A DNA stretch of 40,248 nucleotides, taken from contig MCFE01000743.1 in NCBI GenBank assembly GCA_002104905.1, positions 1-40,248 on the forward strand, written 5' to 3'. The notes under the pieces were generated by a model. The model was not told the DNA's origin and ran no database searches. It saw nothing but the letters and a program-made list of their open reading frames with translations. Positions 1-11,354 of the stretch are shown one piece after another. Each line of letters opens with the position of its first letter. The first letter of the stretch is position 1. The position numbers and the translations under genes are program-made. This stretch comes from Basidiobolus meristosporus CBS 931.73. Taxonomy: Eukaryota > Fungi > Basidiobolomycota.

Positions 1-830
1 CTGCCACAGTCTCCACATCCTTCATTTTTGACAGAGTGGAGATCCCACTGACAGACAAAGTACCAATGTGAAGAACTCAAAGGTTATCACAAAGCCTTCA
101 GTGGAGTTTTGGAACATTAATAGGCACACCAAGAGGTTGTAACACTTGTTTAAAAGCAGTGCTCAAGAAAACACACTCAAATATTGCAAGGATTTATTGC
201 AAAGACTAGCAGATGAGGTGCCAGAACTTGCAGTGCCAGCAGAAGACCAGGATGTATGGGAACCAGTGAATGGACAATGGCATACAGCCATAGAGTTCTT
301 TCCAAAGTCATGGAAACAGAGCATTACAGCAGAAATACTTATTGAGTAGTAGATTTTAATGGAGTTACTTGTTGAGTGTGGGGTTGGGCTTAATGTTAGT
401 GTAGGGTATAGGGACTTGTATAGGTCAATATAATTGGCAATTGAGGTACAACTGAAGTTTCAACAGAAATAAATCAATTTGTATGCATGAAAAGTAAGAA
501 AAACAGTTGATTCAGGAAGTAAGGAGTGTGAAAAAGAGGCAATAGCTAATCAATGCACACAAGCTTAGGAGGTGATAGAGTGTCTGGCATCATAAAGTGA
601 GAAAAGTGGCTGAGAACCAATCAAAAGCCATTTCTGTATTGTTGTGATGAAAAATTTTGACCAAGTTTTTTGTGAAGTCTGCAGTGCAATTACTTTCTGA
701 TGGTCTTTGCATGGTGTCCTGACTGGATTGATACCTCTTAGTCACAGGACTTAGAATTTGTGATGACCTTTTGACAGGATCATCACAATTATTTCTCACA
801 GGGGCTATTGCAGTCAAATATAAGTTTTTG

Positions 831-1420
831 ATTCATCAAATGGATATAAAAGCTTCATTTTCAGGTGATGAACCTGATGTGGTTGTGTACATAGACCAGC
901 CTGATAGGTTTGTTGTCTAAGATAGCCCCTACTTGGTCTGCATGTTTGAAAAATCCTTATATGGTCTCAAATAATCACCAAAAGCCTGGAATTGTAAAAC
1001 ATATTCATATTAAGAATCTGTGAGTTTCCAAAGAAGTACTGCTGACTATAGAATGTACCATGAGTCAGATGGAGCAAATCCAGTTCTATTAGCTCTATAT
1101 GTGGATGATCTTATTATAGCTGCCAATAACTAAGAAACCTTGGAAGAGACTAAATCCTGCTTATCTAAAGAGTTCACAATGTCTGATCTAAGACAGCTCA
1201 GTTAAAACTTGGGCATAATGTTCTCCATAGACAGAAATACCCAGACTATCACCCTGAGCCAGTCCAAGTATATTCAAGATATATTTAAGAAGTATCAAAT
1301 GGAAGACTGTAAACCAGCAGCTACCCTAATGGAGACAAACCTTAACTTGATCAAAACTCAACCAAATCAAGAGAGCTTGGAGCCATCCAAAAGCCCAGAA
1401 TTCCCTTACCAATCTATAGT
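831..1420 (+). mobile_element. Degenerate Ty1/copia reverse transcriptase remnant (multiple in-frame stops)
   Basis: One frame from 831 reads IHQMDIKASF...VYIDQPDRF...KSLYGLK*SPKAWN...LALYVDDLIIAA...EFTMSDL...LGIMFSIDRNTQTITLSQSKYIQDIFKKYQMEDCKP. These are the RVT_2 (copia) motifs, including YVDD, interrupted by TAA stops. Confidence 0.92.
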
Positions 1421-1615
1421 TGAACAAACAGCTGCCAGCTGCCAAGATACCATCATTAGCACTTTAGATAGTTGGCAGAGGACCAGCAAGCATTGTCAGG
1501 CTTTTCACCATTGCATGCAACACATGTTGCAAATTGTGATTCCACCTGCATATGGTATCCACTTGGCCACTTGGATACCAGCCAAAGAATCTTGGCATAT
1601 CTTGCTCAGGTTCTT

Positions 1616-1745
1616 TGTTGGGATTTGCTGTGGATATTTTACTAAAAATTCAGGTACCAAGGGAATGAAAATGGGATGAGCTGTCCAAATGCCCCTAAAA
1701 TTTTCACACATGCACTTGGGGCCTTCATGAACATTAGACTTGTTC
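1616..1745 (+). mobile_element. Probable 3' LTR (5' portion) of the copia remnant; right boundary uncertain (a CAACA lies at 1990-1994)
   Basis: Starts TGTTGGGATTT and aligns by eye over ~120 nt with the clearly bounded LTR at 34069-34323 (shared GGATATTTT..AAAAT..CAGGTACC..ATGAAAAT..TGTCCAAA..CCCC..AAA.TTT.CACACAT..GG..CCTTC). Confidence 0.6.
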
Positions 1746-1760
1746 CATCATTCCAGCTGA

Positions 1761-1840
1761 TCATAGTGCCCAATAGTGCCAGAGCATGCCAGATGGTGCC
1801 TGATCATGCCACAGAGTGCCAGATGGTGCCATAGAGTGCC
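1761..1840. repeat. Eight degenerate 10-bp tandem units, each ending TGCC
   Basis: tcatagtgcc caatagtgcc agagcatgcc agatggtgcc tgatcatgcc acagagtgcc agatggtgcc atagagtgcc. Confidence 0.85.
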
Positions 1841-2434
1841 AATTTGGGATCAAAATTGACATGCATATGACCCTAAAATATCAAATTAATAACAAAATAT
1901 ACAGCACTTTCTGGCACAATGGAACAAGTCTATTTTATACATGTTTGCTTTGTGAGAGATTTGCATATCCAGGTGGTCAGTCACCCTCCCAACACCCAGT
2001 TGAGCACAGGACATCCCACTAACCTTGATATCTCTGATGAGTATCACTCATTCAAAGTTACTGTGGATAATAGCAATCCCCCCCCATGCCAATGTGATTG
2101 GTCAAGGACCCCCTCTCTGGCACGAGTTCCAGCTCATTCCCTGGTTGATTCAGATTCGAGGGGAAAAGGGGTCGATCACATGATGGTGGGGGAGGTCAAC
2201 CAATGACCCCGAATAGAACTGCGACCAACGGGCTAGGGAAATACGGGGGATGCGCACGTGAATGGAGGAAGGCTCGGGGACGCATTCTTCCACGGGATGG
2301 GGCGATCGACCGGTCACCCAGAGAGCAGGAAAATTCGATGCGGCTTCGGATCGGGGGAGGGGTGGCGATTTCTCGGGCAAGATACATGGTGCCGAACGAG
2401 TTGGCTCCGACGCCAACCCCTCTCCCCCCTTTAC

Positions 2435-2463
2435 CCACCACCACCACCACCACCATCACCACC
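2435..2463. repeat. (CCA)n microsatellite upstream of the hydrolase gene
   Basis: ccaccaccaccaccaccaccatcaccacc. Confidence 0.85.
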
Positions 2464-2516
2464 TCTCCACTCACCCTTCCCGGTTTCTGATAGACTGCAC
2501 CCCTGTCTCTTCGAGC

Positions 2517-3526
2517 ATGAGTAAATTAGCCACTTCACTGGTTGCGCTGCCCAAACTGAAGTTACTCACGAAGGCTTCGAAGTTCGAATCCGAAGTGACC
2601 GTTTATGTCAAAGGTAGGCCGGGGCTTCGAGTGGTGGCCTACCCCACCCACCCCAAGGGTTTAGCTCGACAACTGGCCAGGTCACTCACCGTAACGTAGG
2701 TTTTCTAGCCCAAGGGGAAGATCCGGAGGATTTCAACGCGTGGCTATACTCCCACCGATTGCTGTTACTCTCCCCACGGCACCACTGGGGTGGCCTCTCC
2801 TACGGGTATTTCTCTCCCCCCCCCCACGAACCAGGGGTAGGAAGCGGCTGTTTCGGGACGCTCGAGTGAACTGACCTTCCTATGTTTTCCAGGTACTCCT
2901 GGCCCTCAGGCACCATGAAAACCGCGCAGACCTTCCCGTTTCCCATAGCCACCCTGTCGGGGGCGGCCCTCCTGGTGTACCGGAGCGCGCTGAAGGTCAA
3001 GAACTTCCGGTTCCCCACCCCGGCCACCGTCGTGTCGGCGCTCGCGCTCGACGCGGGTTTGAACACCGCCCGGCTGGCGTACCAATATCACCTAGCCACC
3101 GAGGCGAGCCAGCTACGGGCGGACCTACTGGCGGAGAAGCTGGTTCAACTCCGACGGGAGCATACGCGGGTCCGAATTGTCGGGCACTCCCTTGGGTGTG
3201 GGCATTTACTGGCGGCGGTGCGCGAGTTGACCGAGTCTGACCGACCGGACGTCATCCACCTTTGCGCGCCCGCGGTCAAGGAGGAAACGGTCAAAGACAT
3301 CTTGGCCAGCTCCCCGGCCAAGGAGATGACCTACTGCTACTACACCGACCGAGACCTGACCTTGGCCGCCCTGTTCCGGGTCATGGCCCAGGGCAGCGCC
3401 ATGGGCGAAGTAGGCCTGTCTCAGGAATATCCGAACCTCAAGCCCGTAGACGTCAGCAATCGTTTCGGCATGGTGGTTCATACTAAGTACGCCAGAAAGT
3501 TCCACCACTTCGCCGAGCCTTTGTGA
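2517..3526 (+). CDS. Alpha/beta-hydrolase fold protein (DUF726/DUF900-like), 3 exons: 2517-2613, 2700-2805, 2893-3526
   Basis: GT-AG splicing gives a continuous frame: MSKLATS...TVYVKGFLAQGEDPEDFNAW...SYGYSWPSG...RVRIVGHSLGCG...VIHLCAPAV...YYTDRDLTL...VVHTKY. Contains a G-H-S-L-G nucleophile elbow. Family name is from motif resemblance only. Confidence 0.75.
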
Positions 3527-3997
3527 CCAGCACCGTTTCTTCACATCTCCCACCCCCCCCACCCCCGTCCCCGTCCCCATTGTAGATAAAGATGAATTCT
3601 GGTCGCAGTATCGAGGCTTGTTCTTCACTTCGGAATATTGCTGTAGAGCATATGCATTGTTGTCAGACGTACAACGTAGAATACGGAACGCCCGCCGTGA
3701 ATCGGTTCAAGCCTAATCCAGGATCGAGGTTGGATTGGCGGGGCCCATTCCGGAATGAAGTGAACCGGGATCACGCAAAGGGGGGGGGGCCAGGTAGCAG
3801 GGATTGGATGAAAAAAAAGGATCCCAAGGGAAGGTCGAAAAAAGAACAAAAAACGAGTCCGGCCGAGGGAATTTTCGTAGAAAAAAGAAGGGTCGCCCGG
3901 AAATCAGGCCAGCTTCGTTAGACAGACTTCAGAGGTATATCCCTTGTTAGGTTGTGGCCAAGTACGGTTCCGGTGAATAGTTGAACAGCAATAAAGA

Positions 3998-6026
3998 ATG
4001 CCCCAGTACCTTATCCAGTTCGCTCAGGCCCACGACGAGTTTCGTCTGCCTGAGCTACACTCCCTGATGAAGCTTGAGAACGTCCACCTGGAATACGATC
4101 CCGTGAAGTACGACAGCTTAGTAAGTACCCTCCCCCACTCTAGCGTGTCGAGTGACCCGTCGTGGAGCTGACCAACCGTGTTTTCAACTCACCTAGTCCC
4201 CTTTCCTCGTCGTGAACCTCGCAAACGACGAAGAGGCCTACAAACTGGTGCAACGTGCCATTCTTATTAAGTAAGTGGTTATAGTATACGTGGCATGAGT
4301 CGGTCGTGGAACTGACAGTTGGAACGCGCAGAGGGATTTATGAGCTCTGGGCGGTAGGAGAGACCTATGAGGAGGTGCACGAGAAGCTCAAGGCGAGCCA
4401 AGAAAAGTGGGTTAGTCTGTTTGTGTACGTTGACCTGGAGGCAAAATTGGTACCTAACTGGCTTCGATCAGCCCGCATACAGCAACTGCTCGTTCAAGTT
4501 CACAGTGGACGCCTTCGGTGGCACCCGCTCTCTACAGGAGCAGATTGATATCATCAACACCTTCTCGTTCCTTGGATTCGAGGGTCCGATCGACCTCAAG
4601 AACCCACAAGCCCACTTCCGGATCATCGAGGACTATGGTTTGGACCCCAGCAGATTAACTCCCCCCACCAAACCCTACACAATCTACATGGGTCGACAGG
4701 TCCGTACCTTTTGTTTCTCTTGTCCCAGTGCGGCCACTGATCTCGACTGCTCCCATTTAGATCGCCCTCGGAAAGCGTGATTTGATCGATGTCTACAACC
4801 TGAAGAAGAGAAAGTTCATCGGAAACACTTCCATGGACGCCGAGCTCTCCCTTGTCATGGCCAACCAGGCACTCGCCACCAAGGGAAAGCTCGTCTACGA
4901 CCCATTTGTTGGGACTGGTGAGTGACCGGTGCTGATTTTGCTAAAACGGGTCTAGCTAACCCTTCCCTTCTCTTCTCTTCAAAAGGAAGTTTCCTTGTTA
5001 CCTGTGCCCACTTTGGAGCCCTGACCATGGGGTCCGATATCGACGGCCGACAAATCCGCGGCAAAGGTGAGCAACGTCCGAGGTTGGCGGGCCCCTGTTA
5101 CCCTTGTTGACCACTTCTCTCCAGGAAAAACCTCGATCCGGTCGAACGTGGAGCAATACGCGCTCTACGACCGCGTTCTTGACACCGCCGTTTTCGATAT
5201 CTGCCGCAACCCTTGGAGACAGCAGACCTTCTTCGATGCCATCGTCACAGGTTCGGCCCATCCCCTCTCTCCACTGCCTTACTTCCTGACTAACCCTGCT
5301 TCCCTGATTTCTAGATCGTAAGTACCTCTTATTGTTGTTGCGGGCGCCGGGATCTTAACCTGGCTTGTTGACATTCACTAGCACCCTACGGAGTCAGAGC
5401 CGGAGCCAAGAGACTGGGCCGAAAGAACGGCACCATCCCGGAGCTCGGGTTGAAGGAGATCGAGGGCGTGCCAAACCATCTGTCAGTAAATTTTCGGCTG
5501 AGCACCACCACCTAGACCCTACCTAATCCAAGAATTGCCTCGACAGACGTGAGGACTACTACCCACCCACCGTACCCTACGAGATGTCCGAGGTGCTGCA
5601 GGATCTGCTGGAGTTCGCGGCCCGCTTCCTAAACTTGGGCGGACGATTGGTGTACTGGCTACCGACAGTTGCCGAGGAGTAAGTAAACATTGGATGGCTG
5701 GTTTGAGGGAAATTTTGACTCAAGTGATTTCTCCCCTCCCCCGTAGATACTCCATCACAGACGTGCCTCAACACCCTTGCATGGAGTTGATCGCCAACAG
5801 CGAGCAACCTTTCGGAACATGGAGTCGTCGACTCATCACCATGGAGAAGGTCAAGGAATATTCTCCGGCCTCCCTCGACAAGGTCAACGTTGCCAGGGAC
5901 ACTGAAAGTGAACAGAGTGCCCCCTCCTCACCCAACCTTGGTCACTCCAACTTCCGTGAAAAGTACTTCACCCTAGGCGGACCCAAGAAAGCCACCAAAA
6001 AGGAGCACGAAGCCCCATCAGCTTAA
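3998..6026 (+). CDS. TRM11: tRNA (guanine10-N2)-methyltransferase catalytic subunit, multi-exon
   Basis: N-terminus MPQYLIQFAQAHDEFRLPELHSL; SPFLVVNL; FEGPIDLKNP; KFIGNTSMDAELSLVMANQA; SAM motif VYDPFVGTGSFLV..AHFGA.TMGSDIDGR; catalytic AIVTDPPYGVRAG rebuilt across a 3-nt microexon (5315-5317). Confidence 0.95.
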
Positions 6027-6369
6027 GCGTAGGCTCCCTCCCCCCTCCCCCCCCCAGGACATTTCTTTTGTGTCCCTGACCAACCGCTTCCCCTCTTCCT
6101 TCCCTCACTCTCAACCCATTTCCTTACGCCTCGGCGATCACGATTTTGCTCCAGGGGATGCTTGTTTGGCTTCTTCATAGAGTTTGCAATAAATGAGTTC
6201 TATTGATTTATTTGGAATAGTATACCTACTACGGTTGCTCAAGTAATATATGAATCAACATACACATCCCGGTGATCACTGATCCGGAATACATGTGGTT
6301 GGAATAAGTACAGGTTTGTTACACCACAGTCTATCGCCCGTCAGCGATGGCTAATGGAACGGCGGACGT

Positions 6370-9300
6370 TCAGTCCTCGTCGTCGTTGGTCGGCTTGAAC
6401 TTCTTCTCGATCCGGATGTTCTGCGACAACGCGGTTGGTTTAGAGTACTGGTTGAGGGTAAAGGTGGGGGTAGGAGTAGAAGTAGGGGTGAGGGAGGTCA
6501 CTTACCGAAGACGGCTTGAAGGCGAAGCCCGCTAGTGTCGACTGTGTCTTGCGCTTTCTGGACATTTGATCAAGGCCATCATCCTTGGTCATATTCTCCT
6601 GGGTCTCCTCAAAAAAGCTGTTAGTTCGGTCAATATCGTGGGACTGACGAGGGCTGACAACGGCAAACGGGTTACCCCCCTTGCCGCTGGGCTGAGCTTT
6701 CTTCGGGGTGTAAGCTGTGAGGCAAGTCGAAGTTAGCTCGACGATGGAAGAGCCGCTGAAATAATGAACATCCACCAACTTTTGGTGACAGGTCGTCTTG
6801 CGGACTTTGCCCGAGTGGGAGAACCGAAGTCTTGGAGCTGGGTGTCCTCGTTGGAGTCGGGTAGTGCGATATCCTCCTGTTGAAGTGTCTCGCTGGTGTT
6901 GGGGCGGCTCTCAATAAGTTGTGGTGAAGAGCTCACTTCGCGCTGTTGATGTCTGATGGATCTGATACTTGGGATCGCTGTCCTGCTCGGGTCTCGTTTC
7001 GAAACCTCCCGGGTGATCTCTCGCGGCTGATAATCGATACTACGCTCCTGTTTCTGCTGCTCTTCGATCAATCGAGCCTAAACAAGGATGTGCTTAGCCC
7101 TACAAGACAAATGTCGGTCATTCCATGGCCTGACTAACCTCCTTCACCAGGTTCATACGCTCCGCCAAGGCAGACAATCGATGGAAAACGGCAATCTTGA
7201 TGGCGGCGTCGATATGCTGTGGCAAATGGAGCAGGGTCACAAGCTCCAAGGCTTTCTGGATTCGGTCCGTCTTGCATGCGGTCTACCGAAGATCAGAGAA
7301 ATGGGTGAATCATCCGGTTTGCCCACATCAATCCGCCCACCCGCTTACCTGAATCAGCTGAAGGATGTATTTATCCATCTCGGTTCTTCTCTTCAAGAGT
7401 TGAATCTCGAGCTCTTCCTCGTCGGTGATGACTTGCTCCACCTGCTTGGCCATGATACTGCCTCTCATGACTCTTTCTTCCAATTCACCCATCTGAGAGT
7501 CCAGGTGGAGTAATGGGATCTGAAGGTTAAGCTCGCTGATGATTGGCTTGGGGAATTGTGGGTACTCCGTTTCTCCCTAGTGAATGCCTTTAGGATGGGC
7601 CGTACCGTGTGTTACGCTGACCAGGGGTACGAATGCTTACCTTGCAGACCACACACATGAATTGAGATTCCGTGACTCCAACCGCCCAGTAAGTCTCTTG
7701 CTTGTTCTGGCTAGTGGCCCAGGCTTGGGAGTCGAGAACCGGGACCCAGTTACCCGGGGTGCTGCCTTGATAATTTTCGAGAATTCTCAACACCCCCTCA
7801 TCGTCGTACGAGACCGGATGCTATACAGAGCAAACATCATTAGAATTCAGGCCATATGCCGACGTGACGGAGCTGTTACCCCAATATCCGAGAAATCAAG
7901 CCATGCCAGTTGTGCACTGCTTGAAAGCGGAAAGTCTCCCTGCTGAATGATCTTGTGGATCTCGACGTTGTAAAGAGTATATGTGAGTCGGGAGTAGTTG
8001 TCTAGATCAAGGTTGGTGAGAGATGGGTGGGAGACCATGGCGAGTCGGGCACACGACTTGGCTTACCATTCTGATTGCCGTGAGCAAGAAGAAGGTGCTG
8101 ATCGTAGGCAGCGATGGAAATTACTGGCAGAGTGGAGAATACCCAGGTCTGGATCCCGCTGTAGGAGAATAGACGCACATAATTCTTTGAAGTGACCACC
8201 ACGGCTCCTTTGCTGGTTAGCGCTATCACTTCAGCGGGGATTAATTTCACAGGCGTCGGGCTGAATGGGGGATTACTACTTACACTCAGCGTCTTCACCA
8301 GGAGGCAACTGGACTGTCCACTCACTTTTGGTGGCCCAGCTTTCGAAAGGCCGGTAAAACACGGTGCTGGCCACCTCATCATGCGACTTGACCGCAAACA
8401 AGGCGCCACGTTTGCCTGGCGAAATTGGAATCGGTAAGCAAATACACCAGGAGCATGTAGTCAAAAATTCGAACCAACCAAGATATGCATGAGAGTATTT
8501 GTAAGGATCGCTAAAGTGGAAGCCGCGATGAGTAGATTTGTCATGGAACTCGACGGTAACTGTGGCGTGATCCCCTTGATCAATCGAAATGATCACCCCG
8601 GTCATGTTGAATGCTAGGTTCCAACAGGGCAATGGTTAATAGCTATTTGCTACGCATGAATGGGATTCTGTCATGTTACCAAGGTATCGGTGGTTCGCTT
8701 GATAAGGAGTGTTTCCAGGCTGTAACGGGTAGATGTCCGCCGAAGCCATTGCTGTGGAAGAAAGCATTAGGCAATGCGCGCTGGAGCAAAGAAAGTGCGT
8801 TGGTTACTTGGAATTGGGTTAAACACTTGATGTCTTTTTTTCCCCATCTCCTCGTCGTCGATAAAGGAATCCATGTCGCTTTCGTCCAACACCACCAACT
8901 CTTCTGTAGTAGGCAACTGGTGAGTAGGAGGCGTCAATGTAATGAACTACAGTAGCATTGACCTTCTTCCTTTTCCTCTAGTTCCGCCACGACGTCGTCA
9001 TCAAACATCCCGTGCAGGTCGTTGCTCTTCTCCTTCTTCATAACCACGGGGTCAGGAAGGTTCTTATCAACAGATATCACATTGTCCCAGGTCATAAGCT
9101 GGCCCATAGTATCGACCTAAATAGCGAACCATGAGTACATTGGTGTTCAGCACGACTGAGTAGTGCTAATACATACATAGGATACAGTGTTTTTCCTAGG
9201 ATGCCAAGCAATGTCACTAACAGTGGCTGAATGCTTCTGACTAAGAAGTCACATGGTTAGGCTCTGATCGTCAAACATCAAATCCCCTATACATGTCACC

Positions 9301-10525
9301 TGGCAATGGTCACTTTTCTTTCCATCTCCCACACTAGCACCTGGCAATCGACAGCTGAAGAAATCAGGTACTTCCCATTCGGAGACCAGCGAAGGACAGA
9401 GACGTTCTGCAAAGAAATAGAGTTAGATGCGAGTTAACTCACCCGCGGGCAAATGTTGGCCACTGACCGAGGAATGTCCGTCGTTTAAGACGTGCGATGT
9501 GGTCCAGTTTTCGGTGCTCAGAATCAAGATATCTAGCGCTGAATGAATATATGCCGGCTTCGATGAAAAAGGCTAGGACGCTACCTTTGTTTTTTCCTGG
9601 TACAGCCAGATACTTTCCATCTGGGTGCCATTGCAGGCTCACTCGTTCGCCCGATCTACCAATATGTGGGTTAGTGAATGTTAGGGTGTGTTAAGTCCGA
9701 GATCCATGGGACTTACGGAGCGTCGGAACTGGTCGAGATCTTGGTCAGCGTCTTGACTAGAGGCTCTTCTTGACGATTTAGGTCCCAGATTTTGACCGTT
9801 CCATCACAGTCGAGCGAAGCCTGTAGAGAGTGGTAAGTGAGGGACGTTTAGTGAAATTTGTGCCTAGAACTTACCAGTAACCCGCCCTTGGGATGGAAAC
9901 TGACTGCTTGCAGCCCCTTCCCGTGGCCCTTTAAGATGCGGATGTCCGATATATTCATCAGGTTGACAATTTTGATGTTTTGCTCGCTTGAATAGAAAAG
10001 GTAAGAACTCGGCCATCTTGGCAGCAACATAGACGCCACCTACTCAGAAGCTACTGCCAGCTCGAGGCCGTTTGGATTGAACGAGACACTGCGAATAGGG
10101 AGTGTACAACGTGTAACCAAGGTCTCCATCTTCAACGAAGGGTGGCTAAACAGCCGCACAGCATTGTCCTCGCAACCAGTGGCAATTTGAGAGTTCTACA
10201 ATATCAAGGTGTGCTCAGGCACGATTCAAGCCTTTGGCACCAAACAAAGTGTATCCTTACGAGTGCGTCTATGCAAGTGACCGCTTCGGTGTGCCCGTCA
10301 ATAAGGGCTGCTTCAGAGTCTCTTTCTTCTGGAGAAGTTTTGAAAACGCGGCATAGGCTATCCGTGCCGCCAGTGATGATTTCGCTAGAAAAAAAAGTTT
10401 AGGCCATGGAGCGCGATAAAGGTATGGTATCCTGCTAGCACTCACTCTCCAGTCGTGCCATAAGCGACTACTGTACTTCCCTCCGAATGGGCGAAGCGAG
10501 GGTGAACTTTTGTGAAGGAGGGCAT
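6370..10525 (-). CDS. CTF4: Replisome hub protein Ctf4/Mcl1/AND-1 (N-terminal WD40, SepB/Mcl1_mid domain, helical C-terminus), multi-exon
   Basis: Start MPSFTKVHPRFAHSEGSTVVAYGTTG; WD40 segments (LKGHGKGLQAVSFHPKG, WHPDGKYLAVPG); PLQPGNTP...RYLAFNMTGVI...TVEFHDKSTHRGFHFSDPY typical of Mcl1_mid; C-terminal GNPFAV and KRKTQSTL; stop after ...PTNDDED at 6370. Confidence 0.92.
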
Positions 10526-11031
10526 GGTCTAGAGTGTATACCGTGTTCTATTCCAAGGGGCTTTTATTTTTGGTTTGCAACCGAAAGGTAAAGAATACGA
10601 TATCAGATATCTGCTAGTTGAGGTTCTATGAAGCGTGAACCTTTTGTTCTTATCCAGATTTCTCCGGACTCACCACAGTGAAGGTGCTTTAATGTTTGGC
10701 TTTCATCCGAAATATAAACAAAACTTGATGATCCACCATTTCCACGATATGATTGGTCTGGACGCAATGTTTTTGAAAGCTGCGACCAGATCAAGCAATT
10801 CCAACATACTGACCAGCTAATCGGCTTGAATAAATGCGTCCTTTAGACTCTGACGAAAGTGGGATAGCCATGTTGATCCAATCTACTGCCAATCACCGAC
10901 AATGCCTGATCCTCAATTTACACCGTGACTACCATGCAGCAGTCCAAATGCTGCAGCATTCAACCAGGTAACAGGCGAGCCCGAAGACTGCTCAAGAGTA
11001 GACACATGAAATTGTGGGCAAACAGGGATAC

Positions 11032-11335
11032 TTTATTAAATCAAAGAGCTGAAGACAAATAACGTAGAAAACGGAGCGGTGCACCTCTGTACCACATTGG
11101 AATGAGCTAGGAGAGTGCAATTGAAACTGCGGTTAGTAAAAAGGACGACGACGATTGTTGGCAATTCAAGAAAATTCCATTATCAGTCAAAGAGGTTTCT
11201 ACACGAACTTAGTTCAGGTAATACATGCTATAATTTGATACATCATGTGGAGGAATTCTTCTTGAAAAGACAGGAGATTCTCACTTACCAGAGGGCTCGC
11301 GCGGTAAATAGCTAGAGTGGATGACTTCTTTAGTG
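11032..11335 (-). ncRNA. Short spliced non-coding snoRNA host transcript (one intron, 11127-11288); transcript ends approximate
   Basis: Minus strand: TATAAATA, an ATG-less short exon, donor GTAAGT (11288), branch/acceptor ACTAACCGCAG (11127), a short exon 2 with only a 19-codon ORF, then AATAAA (11032-11037). Confidence 0.6.
11178..11251 (-). ncRNA. Intronic box C/D snoRNA, U45/SNORD45-like (guide to the SSU rRNA UAAUACAUGCU segment)
   Basis: Box C variant ATGATGT (11240-11246), guide TAGCATGTATTA immediately before box D' CTGA (11214-11217), terminal box D CTGA (11183-11186), flanking TCCA/TGGA stem. The guide is the reverse complement of the conserved 18S segment CUAAUACAUGCU. From memory, human U45 has the same C-box variant and GCAUGUAUUA guide. 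Confidence 0.8.
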
Positions 11336-11346
11336 TAATGGGCCTG

Positions 11347-11354
11347 TATTTATA
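11347..11354 (-). promoter_or_regulatory. TATA box of the snoRNA host transcript
   Basis: TATAAATA on the minus strand ~60 nt upstream of the intron donor. Confidence 0.55.

Noticed and set aside
590-817. Minus-strand ORF with TADFTKNL resembling the copia RNase H end
   Set aside because: Similarity limited to a few residues; not supportable.
831-1210. RIP-type CpA-to-TpA mutation (CAA to TAA stop in LKQ; TGG to TGA/TAA in the right-hand gag)
   Set aside because: Too few events and mixed contexts; CpG loss is the dominant signal and CpA/TpG remain abundant. Needs a computed RIP index on aligned copies.
2262-2699. ORF with a poly-His tract
   Set aside because: The His run is the (CCA)n microsatellite upstream of the real ATG (2517); only the 3' part of this ORF is exon 1 of the hydrolase.
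7088-7513. Long antisense ORFs (also 3206-3628, 15422-15919, 17019-17489)
   Set aside because: Shadows of real coding exons on the opposite strand.
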